A DNA stretch of 64,000 nt from an uncultured Nitrospiraceae bacterium (GCA_963706325.1 CAVPLT010000004.1:96001-160000); one strand, 5' to 3'. Shown: positions 1 to 11,048, numbered from the stretch's first letter. Numbers and translations are program-made. Notes: generated by a model from the letters alone, not told the origin.

Positions 1-234
1 CCGTAACAGTCCGGTTTGTTCGCGAATGATCATGCCCTGTAAGCTGCGGGCGATCAGTGCTTGGTCGAGTCGAATAGGATGGCTTGCTTGAAACTGGCGA
101 TCGGGAAGACGATCAAGAAATACCATGCCTTGCGCGGATTCCTCGACGAGCCAGTCGACTCGCGAACCGATCGTACATCCTGCAGCTAAGAGGCAGCAGG
201 CCAAGGCGAATGCAACAGAGCGACGGCAGTCCAT
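1..234 (-). CDS. Lipoprotein of unknown function (5' part only; runs off the window edge), 'FQASHP' family
   Basis: Manual translation from ATG 234: MDCRRSVAFALACCLLAAGC-TIGSRVDWLVEESAQGMVFLDRLPDRQFQASHPIRLDQ... It has a lipobox LAAG-C and is open to base 1. Confidence 0.75.
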   Translation of the reverse strand, partial: MDCRRSVAFALACCLLAAGCTIGSRVDWLVEESAQGMVFLDRLPDRQFQASHPIRLDQALIARSLQGMIIREQTGLLR

Positions 235-323
235 GAGGTGATTCCTGTTTCAAGTTCAGGCTGGACGGGCCTAGTGTAACATAGACAACCGTCGAAACAG
301 GAAGACCTCGTCCCGTCTTATGC

Positions 324-353
324 TTGACAGCGATGCGTTCAAAAGCGTATACA
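324..353 (+). promoter_or_regulatory. Putative sigma70-type promoter TTGACA-N18-TATACA for the porin-urt-ure operon
   Basis: TTGACA 324-329 and TATACA 348-353. The same architecture recurs at 14529-14558 and 23571-23600. Confidence 0.65.
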
Positions 354-378
354 CCCCACCTGTATGCGTTGGCGGTTT

Positions 379-475
379 GGACAATGACGTCCTCATCTCA
401 TCGCAGACATCAATAACGCAGAGGACAATGACGTCCTTTTGGTCCGAAGGCTGGACCGGAAGGGCGTTTTTTTTT
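379..475 (+). promoter_or_regulatory. ANTAR-type dual-hairpin antitermination leader with intrinsic terminator
   Basis: P1 is GGAC-AATGAC-GTCC (379-392) and P2 is AGGAC-AATGAC-GTCCT (422-437). The P2 3' arm is part of terminator stem 431-445/453-467, followed by a T run to 475. Confidence 0.8.
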
Positions 476-536
476 GGCGCGTTGGCTCCTCCGGTCTGGT
501 TCATTCCAATCATATGTAACCAGGAGGGCGATCAGG

Positions 537-1928
537 ATGAGGGCACGAATGTCAGGAGGACTCATATGGGGGGCGGTCATGATGATGATCGTCGCCGCCA
601 CGGTTTCGGTGAGAGCAGAAGAGCAGAGTGCGGGAGAGCAGAGTGCGGGAGAGGCGGCTGGAGCTGGACGTCTCAGCCGGGAAGTGGAAACGCCCCCGGC
701 AGTGATTTGCGGAGGCTGTGTGAATCCCAGCTTTTGGACGCGAACTCAGGGCAAGGGCAGTATCGTCCCCTATGGCCGTATCGAATTGGATGCGATTTAT
801 AGCAATAGAAATACCAACCCACTCGATCCCGGTCAGTTCAACGGCTACGCGACCGCCGCCGGAAAAAGCAGTAATGCCTCCTCCACCCTCAACCCTCGTT
901 ATAGCGTGTTCGGCCTCCGAGCCGACCGGACTGACGGGAAACACACACTCACCGGTGTCGTAGAAGCGGATTTTTACAGCCAAACGGACAATGCCGGCAA
1001 TATTTCGCCCCGCCTGCGATTGGCCAACGTCAAGTACTCACCGAACAATAGTCGGACGACCATTACGGCAGGTATGGATTGGACGCCGATCATGTCGTCC
1101 CATCCGAATCTAATCGATTTTTCAATCATGGGCTATAACGGCAATCTGTGGCAGCGTCTTCCGCAGATCACCGTGAAGCAGCAATTCACCGAAAGCGTCA
1201 ACGGCCTCCTGACGGTCATGCGATTCGAACGCGGACTGTCGGCCATTCAACCCCAGACACAACGGCGGCCTTTTCAAGGCGCGGGCGCGGGGGCGGCGGC
1301 TCCCGGCAGTTGCGGGACCAGCGGCTTTGCCTGTTCCGAAAACGCCTTCAACGATCCGGTCCAGATGCCCTACGTGGGGACGCGATTCGCTTACATGGGG
1401 ACTGGTGATCAGGCGGGCTTCATGATGGCGCTGAGTGCGGCCGTTCGGCATTACCGCTCTGCGCCCACGCCTGGAGGTATTCCTGCCGGAAACGATATCA
1501 ATTCATACCTCGTAGGCGCGGAACTCGCGGTCCCCTTGACCAGCCGATTGAAGTTTACCGGTGAGGTGGGCTATGGCCAGGCGCTGGGAGTGGAATTTTT
1601 CCGCTTTGGACAGGAGCGGAACCTCGGCACCGGAAAGGCAATCCGTACCGTTGTCGGGTGGGGAGAGTTAGATTATGCCTACGATCGGCAGCTCACCCTA
1701 ATTGCAGGATATGGGTTCGACAACCCGCTGAATTCCGATCTGCGTGGCACCACCGCCGGGCCAGATACGCAGTATGTGCTCAATCATCGGACCTATCTGA
1801 CCGCCGTCCGCCACATCTGGGGAGATTTGTACGCGTCTTTCGAGTGGAATCACCTCATGACTGAATGGTCCACCAGCGAACATTTTGCCGGCGATAATTT
1901 CATGCTCTCAACTTGGTATAACTTCTAG
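537..1928 (+). CDS. Outer-membrane beta-barrel porin (DcaP-like), candidate urea/amide porin
   Basis: Signal peptide, porin-like motifs (YGRIELDAIY, VEADFY, PRLRLA, GxDWT) and C-terminal aromatic 'TWYNF'. First gene ahead of urtA; GGAGG upstream. Confidence 0.75.
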   Translation: MRARMSGGLIWGAVMMMIVAATVSVRAEEQSAGEQSAGEAAGAGRLSREVETPPAVICGGCVNPSFWTRTQGKGSIVPYGRIELDAIYSNRNTNPLDPGQFNGYATAAGKSSNASSTLNPRYSVFGLRADRTDGKHTLTGVVEADFYSQTDNAGNISPRLRLANVKYSPNNSRTTITAGMDWTPIMSSHPNLIDFSIMGYNGNLWQRLPQITVKQQFTESVNGLLTVMRFERGLSAIQPQTQRRPFQGAGAGAAAPGSCGTSGFACSENAFNDPVQMPYVGTRFAYMGTGDQAGFMMALSAAVRHYRSAPTPGGIPAGNDINSYLVGAELAVPLTSRLKFTGEVGYGQALGVEFFRFGQERNLGTGKAIRTVVGWGELDYAYDRQLTLIAGYGFDNPLNSDLRGTTAGPDTQYVLNHRTYLTAVRHIWGDLYASFEWNHLMTEWSTSEHFAGDNFMLSTWYNF

Positions 1929-1955
1929 CCGAGCGATGATGGCGAAAGGAGTCTC

Positions 1956-3323
1956 ATGATGAGTTCTCAAAAACCACAGGATGGAAATGACGCGATATCC
2001 GGTTCAAAGCCCGAGGTGCCTTCCTCGCGGCGCGAGTTTCTGCTCCACAGTTCGAGGACCGCGGTTGGCATTGGAGTCGCGGCATTACTGGGAAATCTCG
2101 GCCACTGGGCCCTTTCCTACGGGGCCGACAAGGAACCGATCAAGATCGGCGTGCTGCACTCGCTCAGCGGCACGATGGCGATCAGCGAAGTGTCATTGAA
2201 GGATGTCGTCTCGATGGCAGTTGAAGAGATCAATGCCAAGGGCGGACTGCTGGGGCGCCAGCTGAAACTGGTCATTGTCGACCCGGCTTCCAATTGGGAC
2301 CTGTTTGCGGAAAAGGCCAAGCAGTTGTTGGTGCAAGATAAGGTCGCCGTGGTCTTCGGCTGCTGGACATCCGTCAGCCGGAAATCCGTCTTGCCGGTGT
2401 TTGAAAAGAACAACGGCTTGCTCTTTTATCCCGTACAGTACGAGGGAGAAGAGTGCTCCCGAAACGTATTCTACACCGGGGCGGCGGTGAATCAGCAGGC
2501 CGTGCCGGCCGTTGAATATCTGATGAGCAAAGAAGGCGGCGGGTTTAAAAAGTTCTATCTCTTGGGGACGGACTACGTCTATCCAAGGACCACGAACAAG
2601 ATTCTTCGCGCGATGTTGCTGGCCAAGAAAGTGTCCGCAGCCAATATCATGGAGGAATATACTCCATTCCACCATCAAGACTATCAAACCATCGTCGGCA
2701 AGATTAAAAAGTTTTCGGCCGGTGGTGGCGCCTGTGTCATTAGTACGATCAACGGCGACAGCAATGTGCCGTTTTACAAAGAATTCGCCAATCAGGGGTT
2801 GCGCGCTGAAGATGCGCCGATCATGGCCTTCAGCGTCGCCGAGGACGAACTACGTGGGATGGACAAGACAGCCTTGGTCGGCCATTTGGCGGCATGGAAT
2901 TATTACCAGAGCGTCGACGCGCCTCAGAATAAGCAGTTTGTGGCAAGCTTTAAGGCCTATTGCAAAAAGAATAACTTGCCGGACGGAGACAAGCGGGTGA
3001 CCGACGATCCCATCGAGGCGGCCTATTTTGGGGTGCATGTCTGGAAGCAGGCGGTCGAGAAAGCGGGCAGCACCGATGTCGACGCGGTTCGCACGGCGGT
3101 GTATGGACAGAAATTCCTCGCGCCGGGTGGCGAGATCATGATGGATGAGGCCAACCACCATACAAACAAGCCGGTATTGATCGGGGAAATCCTCAAGGAT
3201 GGTCAATTCAAAGTTGTGTGGCGGTCAAGAGGTTTGGTCAAACCAGAACCCTGGAGCGAATACACCAACCCCGAAAAGGGATGCGATTGGGTCAAGCATC
3301 AAGGAACCTATAAAAAAGCCTGA
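1956..3323 (+). CDS. urtA: Urea ABC transporter substrate-binding protein
   Basis: Tat-like signal SRREFL; IKIGVLHSLSGTMAISE, VFGCWTSVSRKSVLPV and FYPVQYEG motifs. Confidence 0.95.
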   Translation: MMSSQKPQDGNDAISGSKPEVPSSRREFLLHSSRTAVGIGVAALLGNLGHWALSYGADKEPIKIGVLHSLSGTMAISEVSLKDVVSMAVEEINAKGGLLGRQLKLVIVDPASNWDLFAEKAKQLLVQDKVAVVFGCWTSVSRKSVLPVFEKNNGLLFYPVQYEGEECSRNVFYTGAAVNQQAVPAVEYLMSKEGGGFKKFYLLGTDYVYPRTTNKILRAMLLAKKVSAANIMEEYTPFHHQDYQTIVGKIKKFSAGGGACVISTINGDSNVPFYKEFANQGLRAEDAPIMAFSVAEDELRGMDKTALVGHLAAWNYYQSVDAPQNKQFVASFKAYCKKNNLPDGDKRVTDDPIEAAYFGVHVWKQAVEKAGSTDVDAVRTAVYGQKFLAPGGEIMMDEANHHTNKPVLIGEILKDGQFKVVWRSRGLVKPEPWSEYTNPEKGCDWVKHQGTYKKA

Positions 3324-3349
3324 CGGAGACCGTCACTCAGGCGTCGGCA

Positions 3350-4913
3350 ATGAATGAAGGTACGCTGCGAATGAATCTCGTCGTTGGGATGGTGTTGGTC
3401 TGGTGCTGTGTGGCATGGGGCGTGAGTGATGGGTTGGCGGCGGAGGCGCTCACGGGTGGCTCCCCGCCGATTCAGCTTGAGCAGGCGTTAAAAGACCTGT
3501 CCAGTGAGGAGGAGGCGACGCGAGAGCAAGCGATTCGTGCACTGATCGCACAGGGGGACGCGACCTGGCTGCCACGCCTGGATGAGTTGCGGGCCAACGC
3601 GGATCGAAGTCTGCGCATGGCGATCAAGCCTGTGGCGGATGCCTGGAGACACCGCGCCAATCTGAGCAGTCCGGATGTCGATACGCGGCGGTCGGCAGCG
3701 GCTGATTTGGGGGCCAGCGGAAGGACAGTGGCCCTTCCTTGGCTGGAAGCTGCGGCGGCGGCCGAATCCCATCGTTGGGTTCGGTATGCGATGGATGAGT
3801 CGGCCCAGATGTTGCGGCTCGCTTCCGAGGACCCGGCGGCGAAGACTCAGGCTGCAACGAAATTGGGAGAGATGCGCAGCCAGAATGCCGTACCGGCATT
3901 GAAGGAACTGGTCCAAGCGGCCGCTGAGGCAGATGGAAGCGAGCAGCAGAAGATTGTCGCGCGTGCGGCTGCTGCCGCCATCGATCAAATCGAAACATGG
4001 AACGTGTGGTCGACGGCAATCGAAACGGTGTTTCGCGGCATCAGCTTAAGTTCCATCCTCCTCATCATGTCCGTAGGGCTCGCGATCGTCTTCGGGTTGA
4101 TGGGCGTCATCAACATGGCGCACGGCGAGCTGATGATGATCGGCGCCTATGCCACCTTTGTGATGCAGGAATGTTTTAAACTCTATTTTCCTCCAACCTG
4201 GTTTGATGCCTATTACCTCGCGGCCCTCCCGGCTTCGTTTCTGTGCCGCGGCACTATTCGGATTGTTGCTAGAAGCGACGGTCATTCGATTCCTGTACGG
4301 CCGCCCGCTCGAAACGATGTTGGCAACCTGGGGAGTCAGCCTGATTTTGATCCAGGGAGCGCGCATCTATTTCGGTGATTTGACGGCTGTCTCCGCTCCG
4401 GCCTGGCTCAACGGCGGGACGCAGGTCATGGTCGGGGTGTTCCTGCCCTTCAATCGCCTGTTCATCATCGGCCTCTCCATTCTCTGTGTCACGGGTATTT
4501 ATGTGTTGCTGTTCCGGTCGAGCGTAGGATTGCGAGTGCGGGCGGTCACGCAGAACCGGAACATGAGCGCCTGTCTGGGCATTCCCACCAGGAAGGTAGA
4601 TGCCTACACGTTTGCGTTCGGTTCGGGGTTGGCTGGTATAGCGGGCTGGGCCCTGACCTTAGTGGGCAATGTCGAGCCGGGACTGGGGCAGAACTACATC
4701 GTGGACTCCTTTATGGTGGTGGTGACCGGCGGAGTCGGAAAACTTGCCGGAACCATTATTGCCTCGCTCGGCATCGGCGGATTGAACAAACTGATGGAGC
4801 CCAGTCTCGGAGCGGTCTACGCCAAGGTGTTGATTCTTGTGCTGGTGATTCTCTTCCTGCAGCGACGACCCTCGGGGCTGTTTGCGGTTAAGGGGCGTCA
4901 CGCCGAGGGGTAA
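3350..4913 (+). CDS. urtB: Urea ABC transporter permease with N-terminal HEAT-like periplasmic domain; frameshifted near 4243
   Basis: ORF 3350..4378 holds GLAIVFGLMGVINMAHGE. ORF 4203..4913 continues with RFLYGRPLETMLATWG...QRRPSGLF. The frame changes at tttctgtgccgcggca. Confidence 0.9.
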
Positions 4914-4929
4914 GGATAGAGCAGGAGGA

Positions 4930-6078
4930 ATGGCAGAACCATTGGCACCACAGTCGAATGCGGAGCGGAACGAAGGCACCCTCTTTTGGGTCGTCGGTTT
5001 CGTGCTTCTATTTGTGCTTCCCATCCTCAATGTGTTGCCGGAGGAGGATTCCTGGCTGCACCTTTCCGATTTTGCTCTGAACCGATTCGGAAAGTTCCTC
5101 GCCTTTGCCATTCTAGCGCTCGGCCTCGATTTGATCTGGGGATATGCGGGTATTCTCAGTTTGGGACAGGGCGTCTTCTTTGGGTTGGGCGCCTACTGTA
5201 TGGGGATGCACCTCATGCTCACCATCGGGAATGAGAGTGTTTACGGCAGCGCCCTGCCGGATTTCATGGTCTGGAATCAGGTCACTGAATTGCCGTTTTT
5301 CTGGAAGCCGTTTTATAGCTTCACCGCTGCCGTTGTGGCGGGTGTACTGGTGCCGGCCGGCTTCGCGCTCCTGTTCGGGTTTCTTGCCTTCCGCAGCCGA
5401 ATCCGCGGCGTCTATTTCGCCATCATCACGCAGGCTCTGGCGCTCATGGCTTGGCTCGTCTTCAATCGGAACGAAACGAATCTGGGCGGGACCAACGGCC
5501 TGACTGACTTCAAGACCATCCTCGGATTTCGGTTGTCCGAGCCTGGGACGCAACTGGCCCTCTATGTCGTCACGGTATTGTGTCTCGGGGGAGCCTATCT
5601 ATTCTGCCGCTGGATCATCGCCTCGCGGGCCGGTCGAGTCCTGATTGCCATTCGTGACAGCGAACAGCGAGTCCTCTTTTCCGGCTACTCGCCGGCCAAC
5701 TACAAACTGTTCGTCTTCGTGGTGTCGGCGGCGCTGGCCGGCCTCGCAGGCATTCTCTATGTTCCTCAAGTCGGCATCATCACCCCGGCGCAAATGGGGG
5801 TGCTTCCCTCGCTTGAAATGGTGATCTGGGTGGCGGTGGGAGGCCGCGCGACGCTTGTGGGAGCCATCGTCGGAGCAGTGGGCGTCAACCTTGGCCGCAG
5901 TATCCTCACGAACCATTTTCCGGAACTGTGGCCATTCTTTCTAGGCGGGCTCTTTGTCGTCGTCGTGCTGCTGTTTCCCGACGGCGTCATGGGGATCGCC
6001 AAGAGGGCAAGTGAGAAGATGACGGTGCGAGCCGACCGTATACGAAAGGCTCCGGCCGTGGAAGAGGAGCAGGCATGA
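4930..6078 (+). CDS. urtC: Urea ABC transporter permease
   Basis: LGLDLIWGYAGILSLGQGVFFGLGAY, LPDFMVWN and RGVYFAIITQAL motifs; GGAGG precedes ATG 4930. Confidence 0.93.
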   Translation: MAEPLAPQSNAERNEGTLFWVVGFVLLFVLPILNVLPEEDSWLHLSDFALNRFGKFLAFAILALGLDLIWGYAGILSLGQGVFFGLGAYCMGMHLMLTIGNESVYGSALPDFMVWNQVTELPFFWKPFYSFTAAVVAGVLVPAGFALLFGFLAFRSRIRGVYFAIITQALALMAWLVFNRNETNLGGTNGLTDFKTILGFRLSEPGTQLALYVVTVLCLGGAYLFCRWIIASRAGRVLIAIRDSEQRVLFSGYSPANYKLFVFVVSAALAGLAGILYVPQVGIITPAQMGVLPSLEMVIWVAVGGRATLVGAIVGAVGVNLGRSILTNHFPELWPFFLGGLFVVVVLLFPDGVMGIAKRASEKMTVRADRIRKAPAVEEEQA

Positions 6079-6842
6079 CGGAACACGGCTCCATCATCTA
6101 CTTGGAAGGCGTCACCGTCGATTATGATGGTTTCAAAGCCTTGAACAATTTGAATTTCATCGTGAACCATCGCGAACTCCGAGTGGTGATCGGGCCGAAC
6201 GGCGCAGGGAAGACGACATTGTTGGACGTCATCTCAGGTAAGACCAAGCCGGCAGCTGGGCGTGTCATCTTCGGCAAGGATACCGATCTCATCGGCATGC
6301 GAGAGTACGAGATTACGCAACTCGGCATCGGCCGAAAATTTCAGGCTCCGTCCATCTATGGCAATCTTACCGTCTGGGAAAATCTTGACCTGTCGTTGAG
6401 CCGTCCCAGCAAGGGCGTTTTGTTCACGTTGAGAGGCCAGTCCACAGCGGCAGAACGGCAACAGATCGACGAGGCCTTGGACACTATTGGATTGACCGCA
6501 CAGGCGCGTCTGCGAGCGGGATCGCTGTCTCACGGCCAGAAGCAATGGCTAGAAATCGGCATGGTGATTCTGCAGGATCCGGAGTTATTGCTAGTGGATG
6601 AACCGGTGGCGGGCATGACAGACGAAGAGACCGCGCAAACGGGACGGTTGCTTCAGTCGCTGGCGGAAAAACACGCAATTATCGTCATTGAGCACGACAT
6701 GGAGTTTGTGCGGCAGATCGCGCGTATCGTGACGGTGCTGCACGAGGGAACCGTCATTTGCGAAGGACCGGTAGAAAAGGTCCAGGCTGATGACAGAGTG
6801 AGAGAGATTTATCTGGGACGCCAAAAGGTGGCACATGCTTAA
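6075..6842 (+). CDS. urtD: Urea ABC transporter ATP-binding protein
   Basis: Walker A GPNGAGKT, LSHGQKQWLEIGM, DEPVAGMT. Confidence 0.95.
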   Translation: MTEHGSIIYLEGVTVDYDGFKALNNLNFIVNHRELRVVIGPNGAGKTTLLDVISGKTKPAAGRVIFGKDTDLIGMREYEITQLGIGRKFQAPSIYGNLTVWENLDLSLSRPSKGVLFTLRGQSTAAERQQIDEALDTIGLTAQARLRAGSLSHGQKQWLEIGMVILQDPELLLVDEPVAGMTDEETAQTGRLLQSLAEKHAIIVIEHDMEFVRQIARIVTVLHEGTVICEGPVEKVQADDRVREIYLGRQKVAHA

Positions 6843-6973
6843 CAGGATGGTGAAAAGCGCTCCCAGCGTAGTTCTCGGCTCGGCAAGGTCCTCAACGTAC
6901 CCGGAGGGCACGCCTCCGGTCTTCTCTCGCCGGCGGCGTTGTGGAACACTTTTGACCTCCTTTGAACATCCTG
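6843..6973. repeat. Intergenic structured repeat family A, copy 1 (MITE/REP-like)
   Basis: Ends CAGGATG...CATCCTG. Core CCTCAACGTACCC-GGA-GGGCACGCCTCCGG is shared with 9190-9312 and 11049-11165. Confidence 0.8.
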
Positions 6974-6995
6974 GAGGAGTAATCGAAGCAATACT

Positions 6996-7705
6996 ATGTT
7001 GCGACTAGAGAAGGTCAACGTCTATTACGGCGAAAGCCACATTCTTCGGAACGTCTCGTTTCACATCGAAGCCGGCCAGGTGGCGTGCGTGATGGGTCGT
7101 AATGGTGTCGGCAAGTCGACGACGCTCAAGGCCATCATGGGTCTTTTGCCGGTGCGCAGCGGCCAAGTCACTTTCGATGGAACGGATATTACGAAGGTGT
7201 CGACTGACCGACGGGCCAAGGCGGGCTTGCTTATGTTCCGCAGGGGCGAGAGATTATTCCGCATTTGACGGTGCATGAAAACCTCCAACTGGGGTATTGG
7301 GCACGCGGGAGCACCGGGAATGGAAATTCAGAAAAGGCCGCTTTCGACGAGGTCTATTCGCTTTTCCCCAAGCTCACCCAGATTCGAGAGCGGCCGGGTG
7401 GTGTGTTGAGCGGTGGGGAACAGCAGCAACTGGCCATCGGACGCGCAATTCTGTCGAATCCCAAAGTCTTGCTGCTCGATGAACCGACCGAAGGCATTCA
7501 ACCGTCCATCGTGGATCAGATCGAGGATGTGATCATTGGCTTCAAAACGGCGCGCCGGTTCGCGATTGTCTTAGTCGAGCAGGGCCTGCATTTTGCCGCC
7601 AGGCTGGCCGACTGTTATGTCGTGATGGCCAAAGGAGCGGTGATGGCGGCGGGGAAAAAGGATGAGCTGAGCGCCGAGATGGTAAAGCAGCACTTGACGG
7701 TATAG
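6996..7705 (+). CDS. urtE: Urea ABC transporter ATP-binding protein; frameshifted near 7230
   Basis: GRNGVGKST in 6996..7268; LSGGEQQQLAIGRA and DEPTEGIQPSI in 7265..7705. Adding one G at ggcttg^cttatgtt restores GLAYVPQGREIIPHLTV. Confidence 0.9.
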
Positions 7706-7964
7706 GCGGAAAGGTCTCACGAGACACCGCTGACTCGTTGGCGTCAGCCGCCCTATGCTTGTCATTCCTCGCCCCGCCACCTCGCAGCCGAGCACAAGAA
7801 GACCGTGCTGATTCCATAACCGCCAAGGAAAGCCCCAAGTGTGATACGACACCAGGCCGTAGCCTCTTGCTAAGCTGTCGAAAGGAGACGGTTGATCTGC
7901 TCGACCTCGGTCGCTACTATGTGTCCAGCATGTCGTGCTGTTTCCTTTTCCCGCCTGCGGAGGA

Positions 7965-8393
7965 GTGGTCCTGAAGGCATTTCCCAAGATACCAGTTGTG
8001 GTCTGCTTCCTCAGTTTGGCAGCTTGTGCAACAGGAAATTACACGCCGCTCGGGGAGGCTGATAAAGATCAGGTCGAGCAGCTGAAGGACAATGTCTACC
8101 GTGTCGAGTATCGCGTCAGCTCGTTCACGTCGCAGAAACAGTTGGATGCCTATTTGCGTCGCCGCTGCGCCGAATTGACGTTGCGGGAAGGCTACGATTA
8201 TTTTCACCTTGCGCAGCGCGCCGATGTCCTGGCACTCTCGCGCCGCACTTCGATGACGGTGACGATGTATAGGGGACAGATGCCCGCTGGCGCGGGTGAT
8301 CTCTATGATGCGAAGCATGTCTTAGCTGAGTCGGCGGCGGTCATTAAGAATGATTATCGAATGACGTGTGACGAGGTCCGGATATGCATCTGA
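7965..8393 (+). CDS. Small lipoprotein (CC0125/CC1285-like); start uncertain
   Basis: Lipobox LAAC and motif [18 protein letters not shown]; overlaps the ureA start. Confidence 0.6.
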   Translation: MVLKAFPKIPVVVCFLSLAACATGNYTPLGEADKDQVEQLKDNVYRVEYRVSSFTSQKQLDAYLRRRCAELTLREGYDYFHLAQRADVLALSRRTSMTVTMYRGQMPAGAGDLYDAKHVLAESAAVIKNDYRMTCDEVRICI

Positions 8394-8686
8394 CACCGCG
8401 TGAGCAAGAAAAGCTACTGATTTACGTGGCGGCCAAGCTGGCCAAAGACCGCAAGGGGCGAGGGCTGAAGCTCAACCACCCTGAAGCGGTCGCATTTATT
8501 ACGGCGGAGATTCTGGAGGGAATTCGCGACGGTAAGTCGGTGTCGGAACTGATGAGTCATGGCGCCACGTTACTCACACGACAAGATGTCATGTCAGGCG
8601 TACCGGAGATGATTCCTGAACTTCAGGTCGAGGGCACGTTCCCGGATGGCACGAAACTGGTGACTGTGCATGAGCCGATACGATAG
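8384..8686 (+). CDS. ureA: Urease gamma subunit
   Basis: [12 protein letters not shown]...[19 protein letters not shown]. Confidence 0.98.
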   Translation: MHLTPREQEKLLIYVAAKLAKDRKGRGLKLNHPEAVAFITAEILEGIRDGKSVSELMSHGATLLTRQDVMSGVPEMIPELQVEGTFPDGTKLVTVHEPIR

Positions 8687-8694
8687 GTAATGGA

Positions 8695-9159
8695 ATGAAG
8701 AAGACCTCCAAGATTGGTTCGAAGAAGTCACTCTCGAAGATGCTCCCCTCAGCCGGTGCGGGCAAGAAACCAAAACCGGAGCCCATTATTCCCGGAGAAA
8801 TCATTCTCGGAGAAGGCGACATCCTGGCGTTGCATGGTCGGCCGACGCTGGATGTAACCGTGTCCAACACCGGCGATCGCCCGATTCAAGTGGGCTCCCA
8901 TTGCCATTTTTTCGAGGCCAATCGGGCACTGAGGTTTGATCGCGAGAAGAGCTACGGGTTTCGCCTTCGAGTGCCAGCGGGGACGGCGGTGCGCTTTGAG
9001 CCAGGTGAATCGAAGCGAGTGACGCTGGTCGCTCTCGGCGGCAGTCGCGTGGCCTATGGCATCAATGGATTGGTGAATGGACGCTTGGATGACGCCACGG
9101 TGAAGCAGCAGGCGCTCGACTGCGCTCGACAACTGGGTTTCATCGCGAAGAAATCTTAA
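8695..9159 (+). CDS. ureB: Urease beta subunit with Lys-rich N-terminal extension
   Basis: [27 protein letters not shown]. Confidence 0.97.
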   Translation: MKKTSKIGSKKSLSKMLPSAGAGKKPKPEPIIPGEIILGEGDILALHGRPTLDVTVSNTGDRPIQVGSHCHFFEANRALRFDREKSYGFRLRVPAGTAVRFEPGESKRVTLVALGGSRVAYGINGLVNGRLDDATVKQQALDCARQLGFIAKKS

Positions 9160-9189
9160 ACGGGCAGTGAGTGTGTCACGAAAGGAGAA

Positions 9190-9312
9190 CGGCTGCTCAA
9201 AACGGTCATCCAACGAGGCACGCAGGCGAAGTCGGAGCCGGAGGCGTACCCTTGGGGTACGTTGAGGCGCTGACTAGCCGAGAACGAAGTTGGAGACTGG
9301 TTTCAGCAGCCG
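9190..9312. repeat. Intergenic structured repeat family A, copy 2 (opposite orientation to copies 1 and 3)
   Basis: Ends CGGCTGCTCAAA...TTTCAGCAGCCG. Bases 9238-9267 are the exact reverse complement of 11093-11122. Confidence 0.8.
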
Positions 9313-9318
9313 ATTAGC

Positions 9319-11046
9319 ATGAAGATTCCCAGACGCCAATATAACGACCTCTACGGGCCCACCATAGGGGACCGGATCCGCCTGGCCGATACGGACTTGC
9401 TGGTCGAGATCACGCGCGATCTGACCGTGCCTGGTGAAGAGGCCAAGTTCGGCGGCGGCAAGGTGATTCGCGACGGCATGGGACAGTCTCCAGCTGCCAC
9501 CAGGGCCAAGGGCGCGCTGGATCTCGTCATTACAAATGCGATCATCATCGATTGGTGGGGCATCGTGAAGGCCGACATTGGAATTCGTGACGGACGTATC
9601 GTGGGCATCGGCAAATCCGGAAGCTCCGACGTGATGGATGGCGTGACGAAGGGCATGGAGATCGGCCCTTGTACTGAGGTGTTGTCGGCTGAGGGAAAAA
9701 TCGTCACCGCCGGCGGGATCGACACGCATATCCATTTCATCTGCCCCCAGATCATCACCGAGGCGCTGGCGAACGGACTGACGACGCTTATCGGCGGAGG
9801 CACCGGCCCGGCTACCGGGACAAATGCGACGACCTGCACGCCGGGACCATGGAACATTCACCGCATGCTGGAGGCGGCGGATGGGTTTCCGATCAATCTG
9901 GGTTTTCTGGGCAAGGGCAACTCGTCGCTGCCGGAGGGATTGAACGAGCAGGTCGAGGCAGGCGCGATTGGACTGAAGCTGCATGAAGATTGGGGAACGA
10001 CGCCGGCCGCCATCGATACTTGCCTGAGCGTCGCGGAGCGTTACGACGTGCAGGTGGCGATTCATACCGACACGATCAACGAAGCCGGGTTCGTGGAGGA
10101 TACGATTAAAGCTTTTAAGGGTCGGACGATCCACTCGTTCCACACGGAAGGGGCCGGTGGAGGTCATGCTCCGGATATCATTAAAGTCTGCGGCGAGCCG
10201 AACGTGTTGCCCTCCTCGACGAATCCCACCATGCCGTTCACGGTCAATACGATGGATGAGCATCTCGACATGCTGATGGTGTGCCACCATCTGAATCCGC
10301 GTGTACCCGAAGATATCGCCTTTGCCGAATCGCGCATCCGCCGTGAAACGATCGCCGCCGAAGATATCTTGCACGATATGGGCGCGATCAGCATCATGTC
10401 ATCCGATTCGCAGGCGATGGGACGGGTGGGCGAAGTCATCATCCGCACATGGCAAACGGCGCATAAAATGAAAGTACAGCGAGGACATTTGTCGGAGCGT
10501 GGCACCGACAACTCAGATGGACAACACGATAATTGGCGTGCCCGGCGGTACGTGGCAAAGTACACCATCAATCCCGCCATCGCGCATGGGGTGGCCCATG
10601 AGGTAGGGTCGATTGAAGTCGGCAAATTGGCGGATCTCGTGTTATGGAAACCGGCTTTCTTCGGGGTCAAGCCTGAGATCGTCCTAAAGGGTGGGTTCCC
10701 GATGTCGGCGGCCATGGGCGATCCCAACGCTTCAATCCCGACGCCGCAGCCGGTATTGACGCGGCCCATGTTCGGGAGCTTTGGCCGCGCGCCCTTCTCC
10801 ACGAGTCTGACGTTTCTCTCTCAGAAGGCCTTGGAGCGGGAGGTGCCGAAGCAGTTGGGATTGCAGAAACGCGTCGTGGCGGTCAAAGGCTGTCGAAATA
10901 TCGGTAAGCAGGATCTGAAATTGAATGATGCGTTGCCACGGATTGAGGTTGATTCCGAAACATATGAAGTGCGCGCCGATGGGGAATTGCTCACATGTGA
11001 ACCGGTGGCGCTATTGCCGATGGCGCAACGTTACTTCTTGTTCTGA
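9319..11046 (+). CDS. ureC: Urease alpha subunit
   Basis: [48 protein letters not shown]. Confidence 0.99.
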   Translation: MKIPRRQYNDLYGPTIGDRIRLADTDLLVEITRDLTVPGEEAKFGGGKVIRDGMGQSPAATRAKGALDLVITNAIIIDWWGIVKADIGIRDGRIVGIGKSGSSDVMDGVTKGMEIGPCTEVLSAEGKIVTAGGIDTHIHFICPQIITEALANGLTTLIGGGTGPATGTNATTCTPGPWNIHRMLEAADGFPINLGFLGKGNSSLPEGLNEQVEAGAIGLKLHEDWGTTPAAIDTCLSVAERYDVQVAIHTDTINEAGFVEDTIKAFKGRTIHSFHTEGAGGGHAPDIIKVCGEPNVLPSSTNPTMPFTVNTMDEHLDMLMVCHHLNPRVPEDIAFAESRIRRETIAAEDILHDMGAISIMSSDSQAMGRVGEVIIRTWQTAHKMKVQRGHLSERGTDNSDGQHDNWRARRYVAKYTINPAIAHGVAHEVGSIEVGKLADLVLWKPAFFGVKPEIVLKGGFPMSAAMGDPNASIPTPQPVLTRPMFGSFGRAPFSTSLTFLSQKALEREVPKQLGLQKRVVAVKGCRNIGKQDLKLNDALPRIEVDSETYEVRADGELLTCEPVALLPMAQRYFLF

Positions 11047-11048
11047 CA

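Noticed and set aside
379..437. GGACAATGACGTCC direct repeat with a 30-nt spacer read as a mini-CRISPR
   Set aside because: Only two 14-nt copies, no cas genes, and the second copy is part of a terminator; an attenuator explains it better.
271..802. ORFs 271..513, 320..802 and 410..601 as leader peptides or genes
   Set aside because: They overlap the promoter, terminator and porin start, and have no RBS or recognisable protein features.
9274..10802. Long antisense ORFs opposite ureC (similar ones lie opposite amt, glnA, nirA, groEL and recG)
   Set aside because: Shadow ORFs expected from GC-rich codon bias opposite well-conserved genes.
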